A stretch of DNA of 32,909 nucleotides from Octopus bimaculoides (Eukaryota), in the NCBI RefSeq assembly GCF_001194135.2, contig NC_068992.1, positions 13,285,806 to 13,318,714 of the forward strand. The letters are read 5' to 3'. The position numbers and the translations under genes were made by a program. Below are positions 1 to 12,200 of the stretch, piece by piece (position 1 is the stretch's first letter; each line of letters starts with the position of its first letter). Below the pieces are notes generated by a model. That model did no database searches. It was not told where the DNA came from and saw only the letters and a list, made by a program, of their open reading frames with translations.

Positions 1-247
1 GTCCTCGACCTCCCTCTTTTCTTGGCAGATAAAGACGTTCTATATCTGCCTTAGGGTGGTGCATTCTATGCATTGTCAACAGTTTTCGTATTTTTCTGTC
101 AACATTACATATTTCAGTAATTGACCAGTTAACGATGTTGAAACTGTAAGTCACGACTGGTATGGCTAGAGCATTGATCGCTTCGATCCTGTTTCTCGCG
201 TTCAGCTCTGTCTTCAGTATTGCTCTCACCCTGCGATAACATTCTCT
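1..247 (-). mobile_element. R4/Dong-clade non-LTR retrotransposon, 5'-truncated copy; post-RT (thumb) coding region continuing off the left edge of the window
   Basis: Minus strand 247->2 translates without a stop (82 codons): RECYRRVRAILKTELNARNRIEAINALAIPVVTYSFNIVNWSITEICNVDRKIRKLLTMHRMHHPKADIERLYLPRKEGGRG. This matches the region after the RT core of R4/Dong-type elements (AINxxAxPVxxYSF...W...DRKxRKLLTM...HPKAD.xRLYLPRKEGGRGL). Its 5' end abuts an (AAT)n array. Absent from the ORF track because it has no start or stop in the window. Confidence 0.9.
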
Positions 248-261
248 TATTATTATTATTA

Positions 262-305
<44 letters not shown>

Positions 306-318
306 GTTATTATTATTA

Positions 319-349
<31 letters not shown>
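247..349. repeat. (ATT)n/(TAA)n microsatellite with occasional GTT variants; probable target site of the adjacent Dong element
   Basis: Directly visible trinucleotide run. Confidence 0.97.
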
Positions 350-786
350 GGGCATCATAATCATCACAGTGTATATTTGTTATGATTAAACTTATTTTCG
401 CTATTGTTATTAATTAAAAATATTAGCTGGAGCAACAAAATCAGAGGCAGCAGCAGTATCAGAAGCATCAACAGCTGTAATAGTAGTACTAATAGTAGTA
501 GCAACAGCAGCAGTAGCAAGTGCAGTATTTCGTGGCAAATATTAACGCTTGCCATAAACCTTTTGTAACTAGCTAATTGTTTGTCTTCTATTTATGAATT
601 TCATTGCTTTCCTTTTTACATTTATATAATTTTTTTTTTTTAAGTATACGGTTAATACTGTGGATATATAAAGAGAATCAACACTAAACAAGTTGTCTAT
701 GTATGTTCAAACTAAGTGGTTAATGTTAGCAAAAACTTTTAAAAATAGAAATGGCACAATAACTAATTCAAACTTAATTATGTGGG

Positions 787-851
787 AAACCTTGGGAACC
801 GTTCGGAGACGGAGTCGAGAAAACTTGGGAACTGTTCAGAGACGGAGTCAA

Positions 852-902
<51 letters not shown>
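787..902. repeat. 33-bp tandem duplication (about 787-853) followed by (GA)n (about 855-902)
   Basis: cttgggaaccgttcggagacggagtc at 791 recurs as cttgggaactgttcagagacggagtc at 824 (period 33); the GA run follows. Confidence 0.9.
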
Positions 903-905
<3 letters not shown>

Positions 906-1095
906 CGACTTCGGGTATGTAAAGCTTTTGAAACTTTTTAGGAGAGGCAATCGTGATTGCTCTAGATTATATCTTTAGTAAATTATCAATCTGCATCTAA
1001 TAAGCTGAGTCGACGAGTTTTGTTATTCCAAATTGAGGAAGCACTTTTAATACAACCTATGTTGACTAATTTGCTGAATGCATTCGGAACGGTTG

Positions 1096-1648
1096 CGAGT
1101 TCGTTATACCATAAAGTTATGTGCTAAGGTTGTTAAAAACAAGTAGGAAACTTATGAAATTATCTCAAGAATCTATGGGGTAAAGATAAGGTAAGAGACG
1201 AAGAGATGTGTGAGAAGGAGAAGTGTGTAAGAGCATCAGAGTGGGTTGAGAAAGATCTTTGTGTGTATGTAAAGAAAAGAAACGTAAAGTTTGAAGTTAG
1301 TGAAGACTGCTGTACACAGAGTTATTTATGCAGATCTGTACAAGCGCAAAATTTGCGTGAAGTTTGTTGCCCAGTTGCTCAGTGACGAGAATCCTTGTAA
1401 TGAAGTCCTTTTAATAAATGGGCATCAACACCTGCTTCACTCTCCCCACAATCCAAAACTGGCTCCCTTGGCTTTTGGTGGTTAACCAAGCTCAAGAATC
1501 TCAGTGGGTAGTCGTTCTGCAGATTAAGATAGCTCTACAATGATCCTTGATACCCATATTAGAGGACTTCCATAGAGTTTTCACGAAATGGCTGGAGTCC
1601 TGCATCAATTGCATTGACGTCAGAGGTTCCTACTTTGAAACTTATTAG
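1096..1648 (+). mobile_element. Mariner (Tc1/mariner) transposase pseudogene, internally deleted and frameshifted
   Basis: Pieces in correct order: RVRYTIKLCAKVVKNK*ETYEIISRIYG (from 1096, N-terminal HTH-like); KTAVHRVIYADLYKRKICVKFVAQLLSDE (ORF 1291, covers the WVPHxL-equivalent); LHSPHNPKLAP (YSPDLAP-like), then FWWLTKLK in a shifted frame; EDFHRVFTKWLESCINCIDVRGSYFE (1562-1639, typical mariner C-terminus ending GxYFE). TIRs not found. Confidence 0.85.
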
Positions 1649-2257
1649 AAATCTGTATACATTTGAATGTTATAAAAGTCTTTCCTGCAAAAGCTCGAAA
1701 ATGTCGCGAATGAGCCTTGCATATAGTTGATAAATCAAGTCAGAAAGCGATGCTTTACATGATCGTACAGTCGCCTGGACCTGTGAAGTGAATCTTTTCC
1801 AATCCGTTATGATAAAAAAGCGATATAAGAATACACCGTAAGAAACAGGAAATCGGAAAGGGCCCAAATAGCTCAACTTTTCGCCTTGGAATTCTCTGTG
1901 AAAACTGGCTACGAAGTATAGATAAAAAAAACATTCCCGTTATATATATTTTAATAATACGATAAAAACCAAAATCTATCTGTTAATTTCGAATACCGTC
2001 AGAAATTTTTATTTACAGCTTTCACTGCGTCTATTGTCTGATGTGTTATGATTCATTAAATACATACATTTTCTTATTTTCGAAAAATATATTTACAATG
2101 TATTTATTTAGTTATGTTGTTTACTTTTGCCAGATATTATTATCAAACCTAATGGGTTTATTACGTCAGAAAACAAAATGACAATTAGTGGCGAGACATT
2201 ATTGTATTTTCATTAATGTCAGCCTATATATCTATATTTACGCGTATCTATATAATC

Positions 2258-3147
2258 NNNNNNNNNNNNNNNNNNNNNNNNNNNNNNNNNNNNNNNNNNN
2301 NNNNNNNNNNNNNNNNNNNNNNNNNNNNNNNNNNNNNNNNNNNNNNNNNNNNNNNNNNNNNNNNNNNNNNNNNNNNNNNNNNNNNNNNNNNNNNNNNNNN
2401 NNNNNNNNNNNNNNNNNNNNNNNNNNNNNNNNNNNNNNNNNNNNNNNNNNNNNNNNNNNNNNNNNNNNNNNNNNNNNNNNNNNNNNNNNNNNNNNNNNNN
2501 NNNNNNNNNNNNNNNNNNNNNNNNNNNNNNNNNNNNNNNNNNNNNNNNNNNNNNNNNNNNNNNNNNNNNNNNNNNNNNNNNNNNNNNNNNNNNNNNNNNN
2601 NNNNNNNNNNNNNNNNNNNNNNNNNNNNNNNNNNNNNNNNNNNNNNNNNNNNNNNNNNNNNNNNNNNNNNNNNNNNNNNNNNNNNNNNNNNNNNNNNNNN
2701 NNNNNNNNNNNNNNNNNNNNNNNNNNNNNNNNNNNNNNNNNNNNNNNNNNNNNNNNNNNNNNNNNNNNNNNNNNNNNNNNNNNNNNNNNNNNNNNNNNNN
2801 NNNNNNNNNNNNNNNNNNNNNNNNNNNNNNNNNNNNNNNNNNNNNNNNNNNNNNNNNNNNNNNNNNNNNNNNNNNNNNNNNNNNNNNNNNNNNNNNNNNN
2901 NNNNNNNNNNNNNNNNNNNNNNNNNNNNNNNNNNNNNNNNNNNNNNNNNNNNNNNNNNNNNNNNNNNNNNNNNNNNNNNNNNNNNNNNNNNNNNNNNNNN
3001 NNNNNNNNNNNNNNNNNNNNNNNNNNNNNNNNNNNNNNNNNNNNNNNNNNNNNNNNNNNNNNNNNNNNNNNNNNNNNNNNNNNNNNNNNNNNNNNNNNNN
3101 NNNNNNNNNNNNNNNNNNNNNNNNNNNNNNNNNNNNNNNNNNNNNNG
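2258..3147. other. Assembly gap (N run)
   Basis: Run of N. Confidence 1.
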
Positions 3148-3862
3148 ACTGAAGATTGCAAAATTTTGATTTCATGTTATATACCTCTTTTGAAATACTT
3201 AAAATTTCCTTATATATTTAGGATACGTTGTCTTTTATCTGGGTGATAACTGTATGAGAACGATTCGTCACGTAACTTTAGAAGTTTATTTCGTTATATT
3301 GTTGATAGTACATTCACTAATTTTAGTTTTACGAAAGTTTCTACTCTCATAGGCATGTTCACGAAGGTGCTATTGTACACGGATATTAATGATACATCTC
3401 ATAAATATTCTTACGGATGCATAATGTTCACATATATATGTATAATATACACATATAATTCTACTCGACATCTTTGCTGTCCATATGCATATCGTCCTTA
3501 AATCCAACGACAGATATTCCTTAGACTGCATTCTCCTCCTCTTCATCATCACCACCAATATCATCATCATCTTCAAGTTCCGTTAAATGGAGCAGCAAGT
3601 TCTGAGGGTGTCACTCTAGATGCTTTTGCAGAATTACGTCGTAGTATCGCTGCAAATCATTACACTTCCGAAATATACACGCACTCAAAGTAAAACACAT
3701 AAGACATAATATGCACACGCATACACCAACGCTGAATAGTTCTGGCACGGGAGATGTATTTTGACATACATGTATGCATACAGAATATGCACTATACCAT
3801 GTAAATGTTAAACCCTTACCTATCGGTGAATACGTCCATTCTTTCATCTACCCATCCATCCA

Positions 3863-3997
3863 TACACACACACACATGCATACATACATACATACATAAA
3901 TACATACATACATACATACATACATACATACAGAAAAGCTGTTGAGCTGTCAATTTTACACTGACACTTGGCTCCCATTTCAACCCGAATATTATTC

Positions 3998-4086
<89 letters not shown>
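3863..4086. repeat. (CA)n and (CATA)n (about 3863-3931) and (TA)n (about 4000-4086) microsatellites
   Basis: Directly visible. Confidence 0.95.
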
Positions 4087-4095
<9 letters not shown>

Positions 4096-4875
4096 CCTCG
4101 ATATAAGTATATGCCTATACTATAGTACGACATGTATATGCAAGGGAATTTATGTATATACATATATACACACATACAAGCACACACACACACACATATA
4201 GATATGTATATATAATAGTAGTGCCTTCATACATCGAGTCATATGTACATACAAATATGAACAAAGATGTCTCTGAATGATACTATCTATTGTAACAAAC
4301 TTACGAATATACTTACAAAATAAGTCAAATATCTAAAACTCCTACGCATCCCTAATAATGTTTGATGTATTTTATTTGGCTTGCGCACAATGACGTCCAA
4401 AACATCTTACTGAATGCAAGATACGAAAAATCCCCATCAAGAATATTATTCACAACAACAGAACATAAATAATTACAATTAAATATAAAACTTCCACCAC
4501 CCACATAAACAGTAAACATACACTTCAACAATTCTACCTGATTGATCAATTGAATTTTCAATTATGCCTCCAGCTGAGAAATCATGAATATTTGAATATT
4601 CACGTTAGGAGAAAGATGAATGAATGATGGATCTAATCAGAGTAGTATTCAATATTGATAACATGATAATATTCATTGTTGTTTGGCTCTGCCAATTTAA
4701 TCACGTTATATTTTTTCGGTCGTCAACATATTTTGTGTGAGTGACTGTTAGTTTATTTTCTTTGTTTTTATATTCAATTCTCTTCTCTCTCATCAGATAT
4801 CATTCTTTACATTGATCTTTTCCTGTATTTTGTGTATCAGAAGGATACGCACACATATCTGTGTTATATGTGAGT

Positions 4876-4879
4876 ACAT

Positions 4880-4968
<89 letters not shown>

Positions 4969-5530
4969 NNNNNNNNNNNNNNNNNNNNNNNNNNNNNNNN
5001 NNNNNNNNNNNNNNNNNNNNNNNNNNNNNNNNNNNNNNNNNNNNNNNNNNNNNNNNNNNNNNNNNNNNNNNNNNNNNNNNNNNNNNNNNNNNNNNNNNNN
5101 NNNNNNNNNNNNNNNNNNNNNNNNNNNNNNNNNNNNNNNNNNNNNNNNNNNNNNNNNNNNNNNNNNNNNNNNNNNNNNNNNNNNNNNNNNNNNNNNNNNN
5201 NNNNNNNNNNNNNNNNNNNNNNNNNNNNNNNNNNNNNNNNNNNNNNNNNNNNNNNNNNNNNNNNNNNNNNNNNNNNNNNNNNNNNNNNNNNNNNNNNNNN
5301 NNNNNNNNNNNNNNNNNNNNNNNNNNNNNNNNNNNNNNNNNNNNNNNNNNNNNNNNNNNNNNNNNNNNNNNNNNNNNNNNNNNNNNNNNNNNNNNNNNNN
5401 NNNNNNNNNNNNNNNNNNNNNNNNNNNNNNNNNNNNNNNNNNNNNNNNNNNNNNNNNNNNNNNNNNNNNNNNNNNNNNNNNNNNNNNNNNNNNNNNNNNN
5501 NNNNNNNNTATATATATATATATATATATG
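4876..5530. repeat. Compound (CATA)n-(CA)n-(TA)n microsatellite spanning an assembly gap (N at 4969-5508)
   Basis: Directly visible; TA runs on both sides of the N run. Confidence 0.95.
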
Positions 5531-5550
5531 TATATACGTAAATATCTATA

Positions 5551-5778
5551 TATCACCACTTAAATGTAGATGTTCTGTTACAATACAGAATACAAAGTAC
5601 TGCGGTAGCTACCATGAGCTCAAATTACCTGTTTGCGTTGAACGTGCCTGGTGTTTTATCTCCCCGGTTGTGATATAAATTTGAGTGGATTAATGCACCG
5701 AAAAATAGTGTTAGATTTGTATGTTCAGTACCGCAGCATACCCAGTTCTAACAGAACATCTACTTTTAAGTGGGGATA
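5551..5778. mobile_element. MITE (about 228 bp) with 33-bp terminal inverted repeats and TA ends; Tc1/mariner-type non-autonomous element
   Basis: 5551-5583 tatcaccacttaaatgtagatgttctgttacaa versus the reverse complement of 5746-5778 tatccccacttaaaagtagatgttctgttagaa: 30/33 identical. Both ends carry TA. An inner ctgcggta motif also occurs in inverted orientation on both sides. Confidence 0.8.
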
Positions 5779-6239
5779 AATATTACTTTTTGATATTAAT
5801 ACTGCCTCTACAGCCAATGAAGACATTTGAAAGGATACACTGAATGTAAATTGTAGAACTCTACACGTGCTCACTTTCGGGTGGACGTCTTGTCTAGTTC
5901 TGAAAATTATATTTTATAAATCGACAGATTACGCTGATGATCCTGCAGATATCTACTTATGTACATTTTAACAGGTGAAACCATGGTACGTATGTTAATC
6001 GGTTTTTTTTTATTTAGTTTTTTTTTCATTTGTCATGCCCTTTTACAGTCTGTTGTGTCGCTAACTTATTACTGAGAACATATTTTTCGTGGTTAGATGA
6101 TTCGGTATCTATTTCTAGCATATAGGAGTCCACTTTTGCTTGTCATTCCTCTTATTTTTGTATGTAATATAATTTTAATCTTCGTTTTTTTTATTTTTTA
6201 AATCCACTAGTTTTAATTGATTAATATCAATTTCTACCC

Positions 6240-6529
6240 NNNNNNNNNNNNNNNNNNNNNNNNNNNNNNNNNNNNNNNNNNNNNNNNNNNNNNNNNNNNN
6301 NNNNNNNNNNNNNNNNNNNNNNNNNNNNNNNNNNNNNNNNNNNNNNNNNNNNNNNNNNNNNNNNNNNNNNNNNNNNNNNNNNNNNNNNNNNNNNNNNNNN
6401 NNNNNNNNNNNNNNNNNNNNNNNNNNNNNNNNNNNNNNNNNNNNNNNNNNNNNNNNNNNNNNNNNNNNNNNNNNNNNNNNNNNNNNNNNNNNNNNNNNNN
6501 NNNNNNNNNNNNNNNNNNNNNNNNNNNNN
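6240..6529. other. Assembly gap (N run) followed by (TA)n
   Basis: Run of N. Confidence 1.
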
Positions 6530-6564
<35 letters not shown>

Positions 6565-7338
6565 TATACTGATATACTGATATATAAATATGTGTGCGCG
6601 CGAGCGTTTATAAGTTAACATATTTCAGTACAACATTCGAAGATGTTGGTTTTCTTATTAACTTAGTGGATTTAAATCAGCTCGGCTGCAACCCTTTCGG
6701 AACAAAAGATATTACCGGATTTTTTACAATTTATTCTTGGTTTCTTATAAGTTGGGCACAATTTCATAGGCTTCAGATAATTCTGCTATATCAGCAGATG
6801 CAATTAGTATTAATAATTTCTCCATATTTTCCAACGCCCATATTTTTCCAGGCGTTTCAATGATAGTGACATGTATCTAAATGTCTTTTACGTTTCATTT
6901 GCCCTTATCATAAAGGCAAACTTGGCATTGTAGTTTAAAGCTATATTTTAATCATACGGCTTCGGTTTCCATTTCAATGCTTCGTGTATACGATGCCTGT
7001 CTTCTGAGATTGCCTCCTCAACGCTAATCTTTCAACATACAGGATTTGATCTACAGGATTTGCATTTGGGGCTATCATCCGTTCATGGATGGTTCATTTC
7101 ATACCTTATCCGGTGCAGGTGCTAAAGTGTTCTGCCTTCCCTTTGCATATTATACATGGTAGGTTGATGTGAAATTAGCATAGAACTGCAAGAATTATAT
7201 AAAACATACATATCCTCATGGAAATTCGAGAGAAATACTTCCGTTGCAGAGAATTAGACTGTCTGTATCAGTATGAAACAACACTGTGAAAGATAAGTAC
7301 TTACATGCACACTAGAACACGTACACTCGCATATACTT

Positions 7339-7511
7339 ATACATACATACATACATACATGCATACATACATACATACATACATATATACATGCATACAT
7401 ACATTAAGCATCTATCAATCTAAACGGACATATACATATATATATATATATATATATAAAGAGAGAGAGAGAAAGGGAGGCAGAGAGAGAGAGAGAGAGA
7501 GAGAGGGAGGC

Positions 7512-7544
<33 letters not shown>
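7339..7544. repeat. Compound microsatellite (ACAT)n-(TA)n-(GA)n-(GATA)n
   Basis: Directly visible. Confidence 0.95.
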
Positions 7545-10490
7545 TACTGGGATCTCTGTATTATACTTATATAATATGGTTCCGTTGCGCGAACAAATAC
7601 AGGGCATGTACATGGGGTGAGTATGCAAGTTCCTTAATTATTCTAAACGTGTACATTTACCTCATAGCTGAAGCTGTGTTGGTGAAAGTTAGTGTGACAA
7701 AATGGCTGTTTAAATTATAGACATTTTGCAGCCTAATTTCGCAAATAATATTTGGATTTAACCGAATATAGAGTTAATATATTTGCTTAAGATTCAATGT
7801 ATTGTATCGTCTCAGTCTGCAGCTTGATAGTTGTTTTCTTTACCGTTCACATTTCTCCATACGTTAAATATAATCACCAGCCTGTGAGTTATTATTTTTA
7901 TTTATTTATGTTTTTAGTGAATCTTTTGAAGCACTCGTTTCATTTACCTAAGAATTTGATAATGTAAGACAGAATAACTGATTTGGATTCTCTTTTACAC
8001 TTCTAGAAATTCTGCTACGCTGCAAATTATATGAAGCTCTTGTTGAAGGAAATTTTCTTTTCATTCTGTGATGAAATGATGCTACATGTGTTATTGAATT
8101 GAATTAAGAACTCGTATTTTCAAATTCACTATTCAGTTTCGCTTTGAATGCCTCTATATGAGATGGTTATTTTGAACTCCATAGTTAAATATCTTAATCC
8201 ACCAAGAGTATTAGATTCTTTCAGCTTCTTTTAGTAGACTAATAAATTTATAGCACATCAAAGATAGTCCAGTAGACTATCATTGAAATGTGTAAAGGAT
8301 GTTTGTTTCTTCTAATACAAGATGATCTTTACTTTCATAACGTGGTCAACAAAGATAGACTTTATACGGATATAGAGAAATCTTCAGACTCTCGTGTCTC
8401 GAACATATATAACTAGTGAGGATATGCTATCCCTCTAACGCATTGTTAACTGTAACCTAATTTGTAAATCATGCTGGATAACCGATTTACGTAGACTATT
8501 GATTGTATCCCACTGAACTATTCTGATTAATGTGTTATATTTTTCTGACTATCAATCTTTTTTCTGATTATCAATATGTGTGCGACATATTCCGTGCAAA
8601 CACTTTAAAACGTTGTTATCAGATTTTAATTCCTCATAATTACAATGAATACGCTACAGTTTTTCTCAAGGTGTGGGTGGTATTTTCTTACAATACCGAG
8701 AATTAAAAGGAAATAATCAAAATAACGAAAGTCTGTGAAGCAAACATTTTCTCGGGGGGTCAGGATCGTTGACGGTTATGCAATCATGAATAATTGAGAA
8801 AGACCAGGTGCGGACAAATGATATCTCCAATCCTGGTCTGAAATACTGCATCATATAAGTTTCGCAGCAAAATGGTAAAACAAATACCTCCATGTTTCTG
8901 CAAATGTTCATATCAATAGATAATCATAAATAATTGTACTTCACCGACGTTGAAACGCACTCAAACTTCATAAAAATAATTAATACGTTAATAGTTGCAT
9001 GTTAAATGTTCAATTTTTGATGGTTTCAAAGCGCAGTTTTAACTGCATGTATATTAAAATTTTTCACCACCACTTTTATCTACAGCACGACCATTACTCC
9101 ACTTCTGTGTCAATCACTAAATCAATCCTTAGTATTCTTTAGTACCCCAAATCCATGATATTCCCTTAGTAACTAACACTATAATATATATATGTGTGTG
9201 TGTCCTTATAACATATATATAATATGTATGACATACTTACACTATATGTGTATGCATTACAAATCTAATATATCTTTAACTAATTATATAAGTTTTTTTC
9301 ACTGTAGCACAAGGCAGAAATTATCCAGGCAATAGCAGCACATCGATCGGTTTAAAAACAAATGCACCAGAGAAATAAAAATACTTAAAGTAAATATGTT
9401 GTCTATATATCAATATTCTACGTTAATTTACAAGTAATTTAAAGCAATTATGATAAGTATAGCTTTTACGTTCGCCAGCTGCGTTTTAGCAGAGTTAATA
9501 ACGATAATTTTTCCACGAAGTCATTCTTGTATTTCCATAATGTAATCCATTAGTAACGTAACGTCAGCAATGTCTCACATACTTTATATGAAAGCGCAAA
9601 TGACAATTTATCTAAAGCGCTTTTCTATTAATTTTGATAAAAAGTGCAAAAATATTGAGTTCGATCTTGATAGTAACTTGTAAAACGAAATACATCGGAA
9701 AAATTACAATTTTCCTTAGTAGAATACATTGCAGTATATTATAAAAGAATTCTATATTTCATACCATAATCCAATCAGATTAATTTTAATTGAAGGTGAT
9801 TTAGAAGCGACTACCTTAGGAGTGATATGGTTACACGTAAAACATGTTAGGAAAAGTGATACCGTCTTTCTTGAAATGGAATAATGCTCTGTGAGGGAAA
9901 AATTACATGTTTTCAAATGTATTCGTTAAGAATATCTGTTCCCTTTAACAATATTACTGCACATTATGTCTTATTATCGTGTTTATCATCGATTCACATT
10001 CATAAGAGAAGTTGAGGCGAATTGATGCGGAGATAGTGATACAGATTAACACGATTAAGCTTGATATATAAAATATAGAAACGTATACAAATGTAAACAA
10101 ATGCATGCGAGCTAACGTTTTCTCTACCAGGGCTTTCATTTTTATGCTCCCCAACGCTATTGAATGTTTACCATTATATAAAGGTGTCCATGAAAAAAGG
10201 AGTTTCGTGTGTGTGTGTATTAAGACTTCCAGTGCTTTCATGTTAAGAAAATATCTTAATATGAACATTTTCCAAGGTAATCACATGAAGGAATGGTGTT
10301 GGACTACATTTTAGCGCTTTCCTTCAAAATGGAGACGAACACCGCACTTCCATGTGATCTGCTTGCAAAATTGTTAGGACATTAAGATATTTTTTTAACA
10401 TGAAACTAATAGTAGACTAAATAATCAAATAAAGAAATTTTATCCACGAATGCAGTGTTCAGCACTCATTCTAATTGTTCGACATTTACG

Positions 10491-10498
10491 TATATATA

Positions 10499-10572
<74 letters not shown>

Positions 10573-10626
10573 TTTATGTGTGTTTATGTGTGTATATGTG
10601 TGTGTATATGTGTGTGTGTGTGTGCG
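10491..10626. repeat. (GT)n microsatellite with degenerate 3' half
   Basis: Directly visible. Confidence 0.95.
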
Positions 10627-11785
10627 TTAATACACGAAATTTTCTGAGCTTCCTTTTCAAAACCAGCTGATTGCTACAGTAATAATCTCACGTTTGAAAT
10701 CTCAGTGATGTCAAACTACGATTTCTATTCTAGGATTCGTTTATATGATTATTGTTTTCAAAATCTGTTGAAATATCTCAAGATACATTGTATCCTCGCA
10801 ACAAATATATATAACAGAATTTAATCCATTCTTATTTTCGTATCAAAATTTAATTTCCCAATAAAATATATTTATAGTCAAATCATTTGTAATATTTTTG
10901 AGTGATAGATTTAGTGATAACATACAGGAGCCGGCAGGGAGCCAGATCTCTAAAGCCAATGATTTCTTAACGTCTCAATGTGGATATCAAATTCGTTCTC
11001 CTGTTTTGGATATGTGTCATGTGTTGGTTAGTTGTTTCATGTGCGTATACAGTCGCATGTAACTGTAAACCGCCTCTTGACTCATCCACCATTCCACCTG
11101 GCAACACATTTAGTTTGTCAGAACTATAGTTTGAATGAGTTGCACCACCCCGTAGTTGATACACAATTACAATTGGCATATTAGGACCACGAGAAATATA
11201 GGGCTTCCCGCAAAGACACAACGCACTGTCCAGTCTAAGAAATTCACCACCGACTTTATGCACGTTTACACTTAAATAATTGCGATATCATATTTGCTGC
11301 AGAAGTGTAATGCATTCCAGGCATATTGGGATTTTCATCAAGTATTTGGCAAAGGAATAGTTATTAAGTTAACAATAATAATCTGGTTTCCCTAAGACAT
11401 GCATATTATATTTAATATTCCGATCACTCACAATATTGTACATGTTAACTAATGCATTTACATGCTCTGAAATTAAAGAATACATTTTTGGACAGGGGCG
11501 CAAATTATTGAATATAATTCACAGCAACGTTGAACTTGGATATTATTAGGGCGAGATAAATAATACACAGCAATTTTATTCATCTATTTCAATCGCAATT
11601 ACTTCCACTTGGAATAAACCGAAAACATTGTTTATTTATTTATGTGACAAACGCATGAAGTCCGTTCTCGAGAACTGTAGCTGGACGGCACTAAATTTGT
11701 CGGTATATAATTCTGTATATACTAAAAATAGTAGTTGTAAAAGTATATAATATATTGAAGCAGTAATAGTTATTTCTACTCTAGT

Positions 11786-12021
11786 TACAAGGCCATGAAA
11801 CTTTTTGTGATGAAGGGCGCTAATCGATTACATCGACCACAGTACGTAAGTGGTACTTATTTCATCGACCCCAGTACGTAACTGGTACTTATTTGTTCGC
11901 CCCCGAAAGGATGAAAGGCAAGTTTGACCTCGGCGGAATTTGAACTCAGAACGCAGCGGCAGACGAAATACTTCTAAGCATTTCGCCCGGCATGCTATCG
12001 ATTCTACCAGCTGGCCGCCTT
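11786..12021 (-). mobile_element. tRNA-derived SINE (octopus-type, Deu/Nin-like central domain), full length with an internal 32-bp duplication
   Basis: Minus strand begins aaggcggccagctggtagaatcgatagcatgcc (A-box-like), then ttctgagttcaaattccgcc (B-box-like), then gcctttcatcctttcggggg...aagtacca. Clearly homologous to 16822-17033 within this window. Confidence 0.88.
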
Positions 12022-12091
12022 ATTGAAAAAATAATAATGATATGTAATATATATATATATATAAGGTTATATATTAAGTCAATGCTTCACT

Positions 12092-12200
12092 ACGCTGAGT
12101 AGGTAAGTTGTGGTCGGCTCAGATCCTAATGTCGTTGATTTAATTCTTGGACCAGGTGAAACATTGGGTCTCTGAGCAAGGCGCTTCATTTCACGATACT
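12092..12200 (+). mobile_element. Degraded tRNA-derived SINE with a CORE-like segment
   Basis: tgagtaggtaag (A-box-like) ... gttgatttaattcttggacc (decayed B box) ... ttgggtctctgagcaaggcgcttcatttcac, resembling the CORE motif TGTGtCCTTGgGCAAGgCACTT. Assignment from recalled consensus only. Confidence 0.45.

Noticed and set aside
3514-3693. Plus frame IFLRLHSPPLHHHHQYHHHLQVPLNGAASSEGVTLDAFAELRRSIAANHY after a CAG; minus frames give ILRRNSAKASRVTPSELAAPFNGT* and NLLLHLTELEDDDDIGGDDEEEENAV*
   Set aside because: Plausible peptides on both strands, driven by a CAT/GAT cryptic repeat; weak acceptor; no family match.
5975-5985. Possible 11-nt microexon tttaacag|GTGAAACCATG|gtacgt
   Set aside because: Such short splice-like patterns arise by chance; no supporting gene.
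7057-7158. 102-nt phase-1/phase-1 candidate exon GFAFGAIIRSWMVHFIPYPVQVLKCSAFPLHIIH ending at gtaggt
   Set aside because: Acceptor lacks a pyrimidine tract; no recognisable homology.
10971-11129. Plus frame with a hydrophobic stretch then CNCKPP (signal peptide plus TIMP-like start), opposite the 98-aa ORF 10967..11263
   Set aside because: No suitably placed Met or acceptor, stops after 52 codons, and no HPQ or other TIMP motif.
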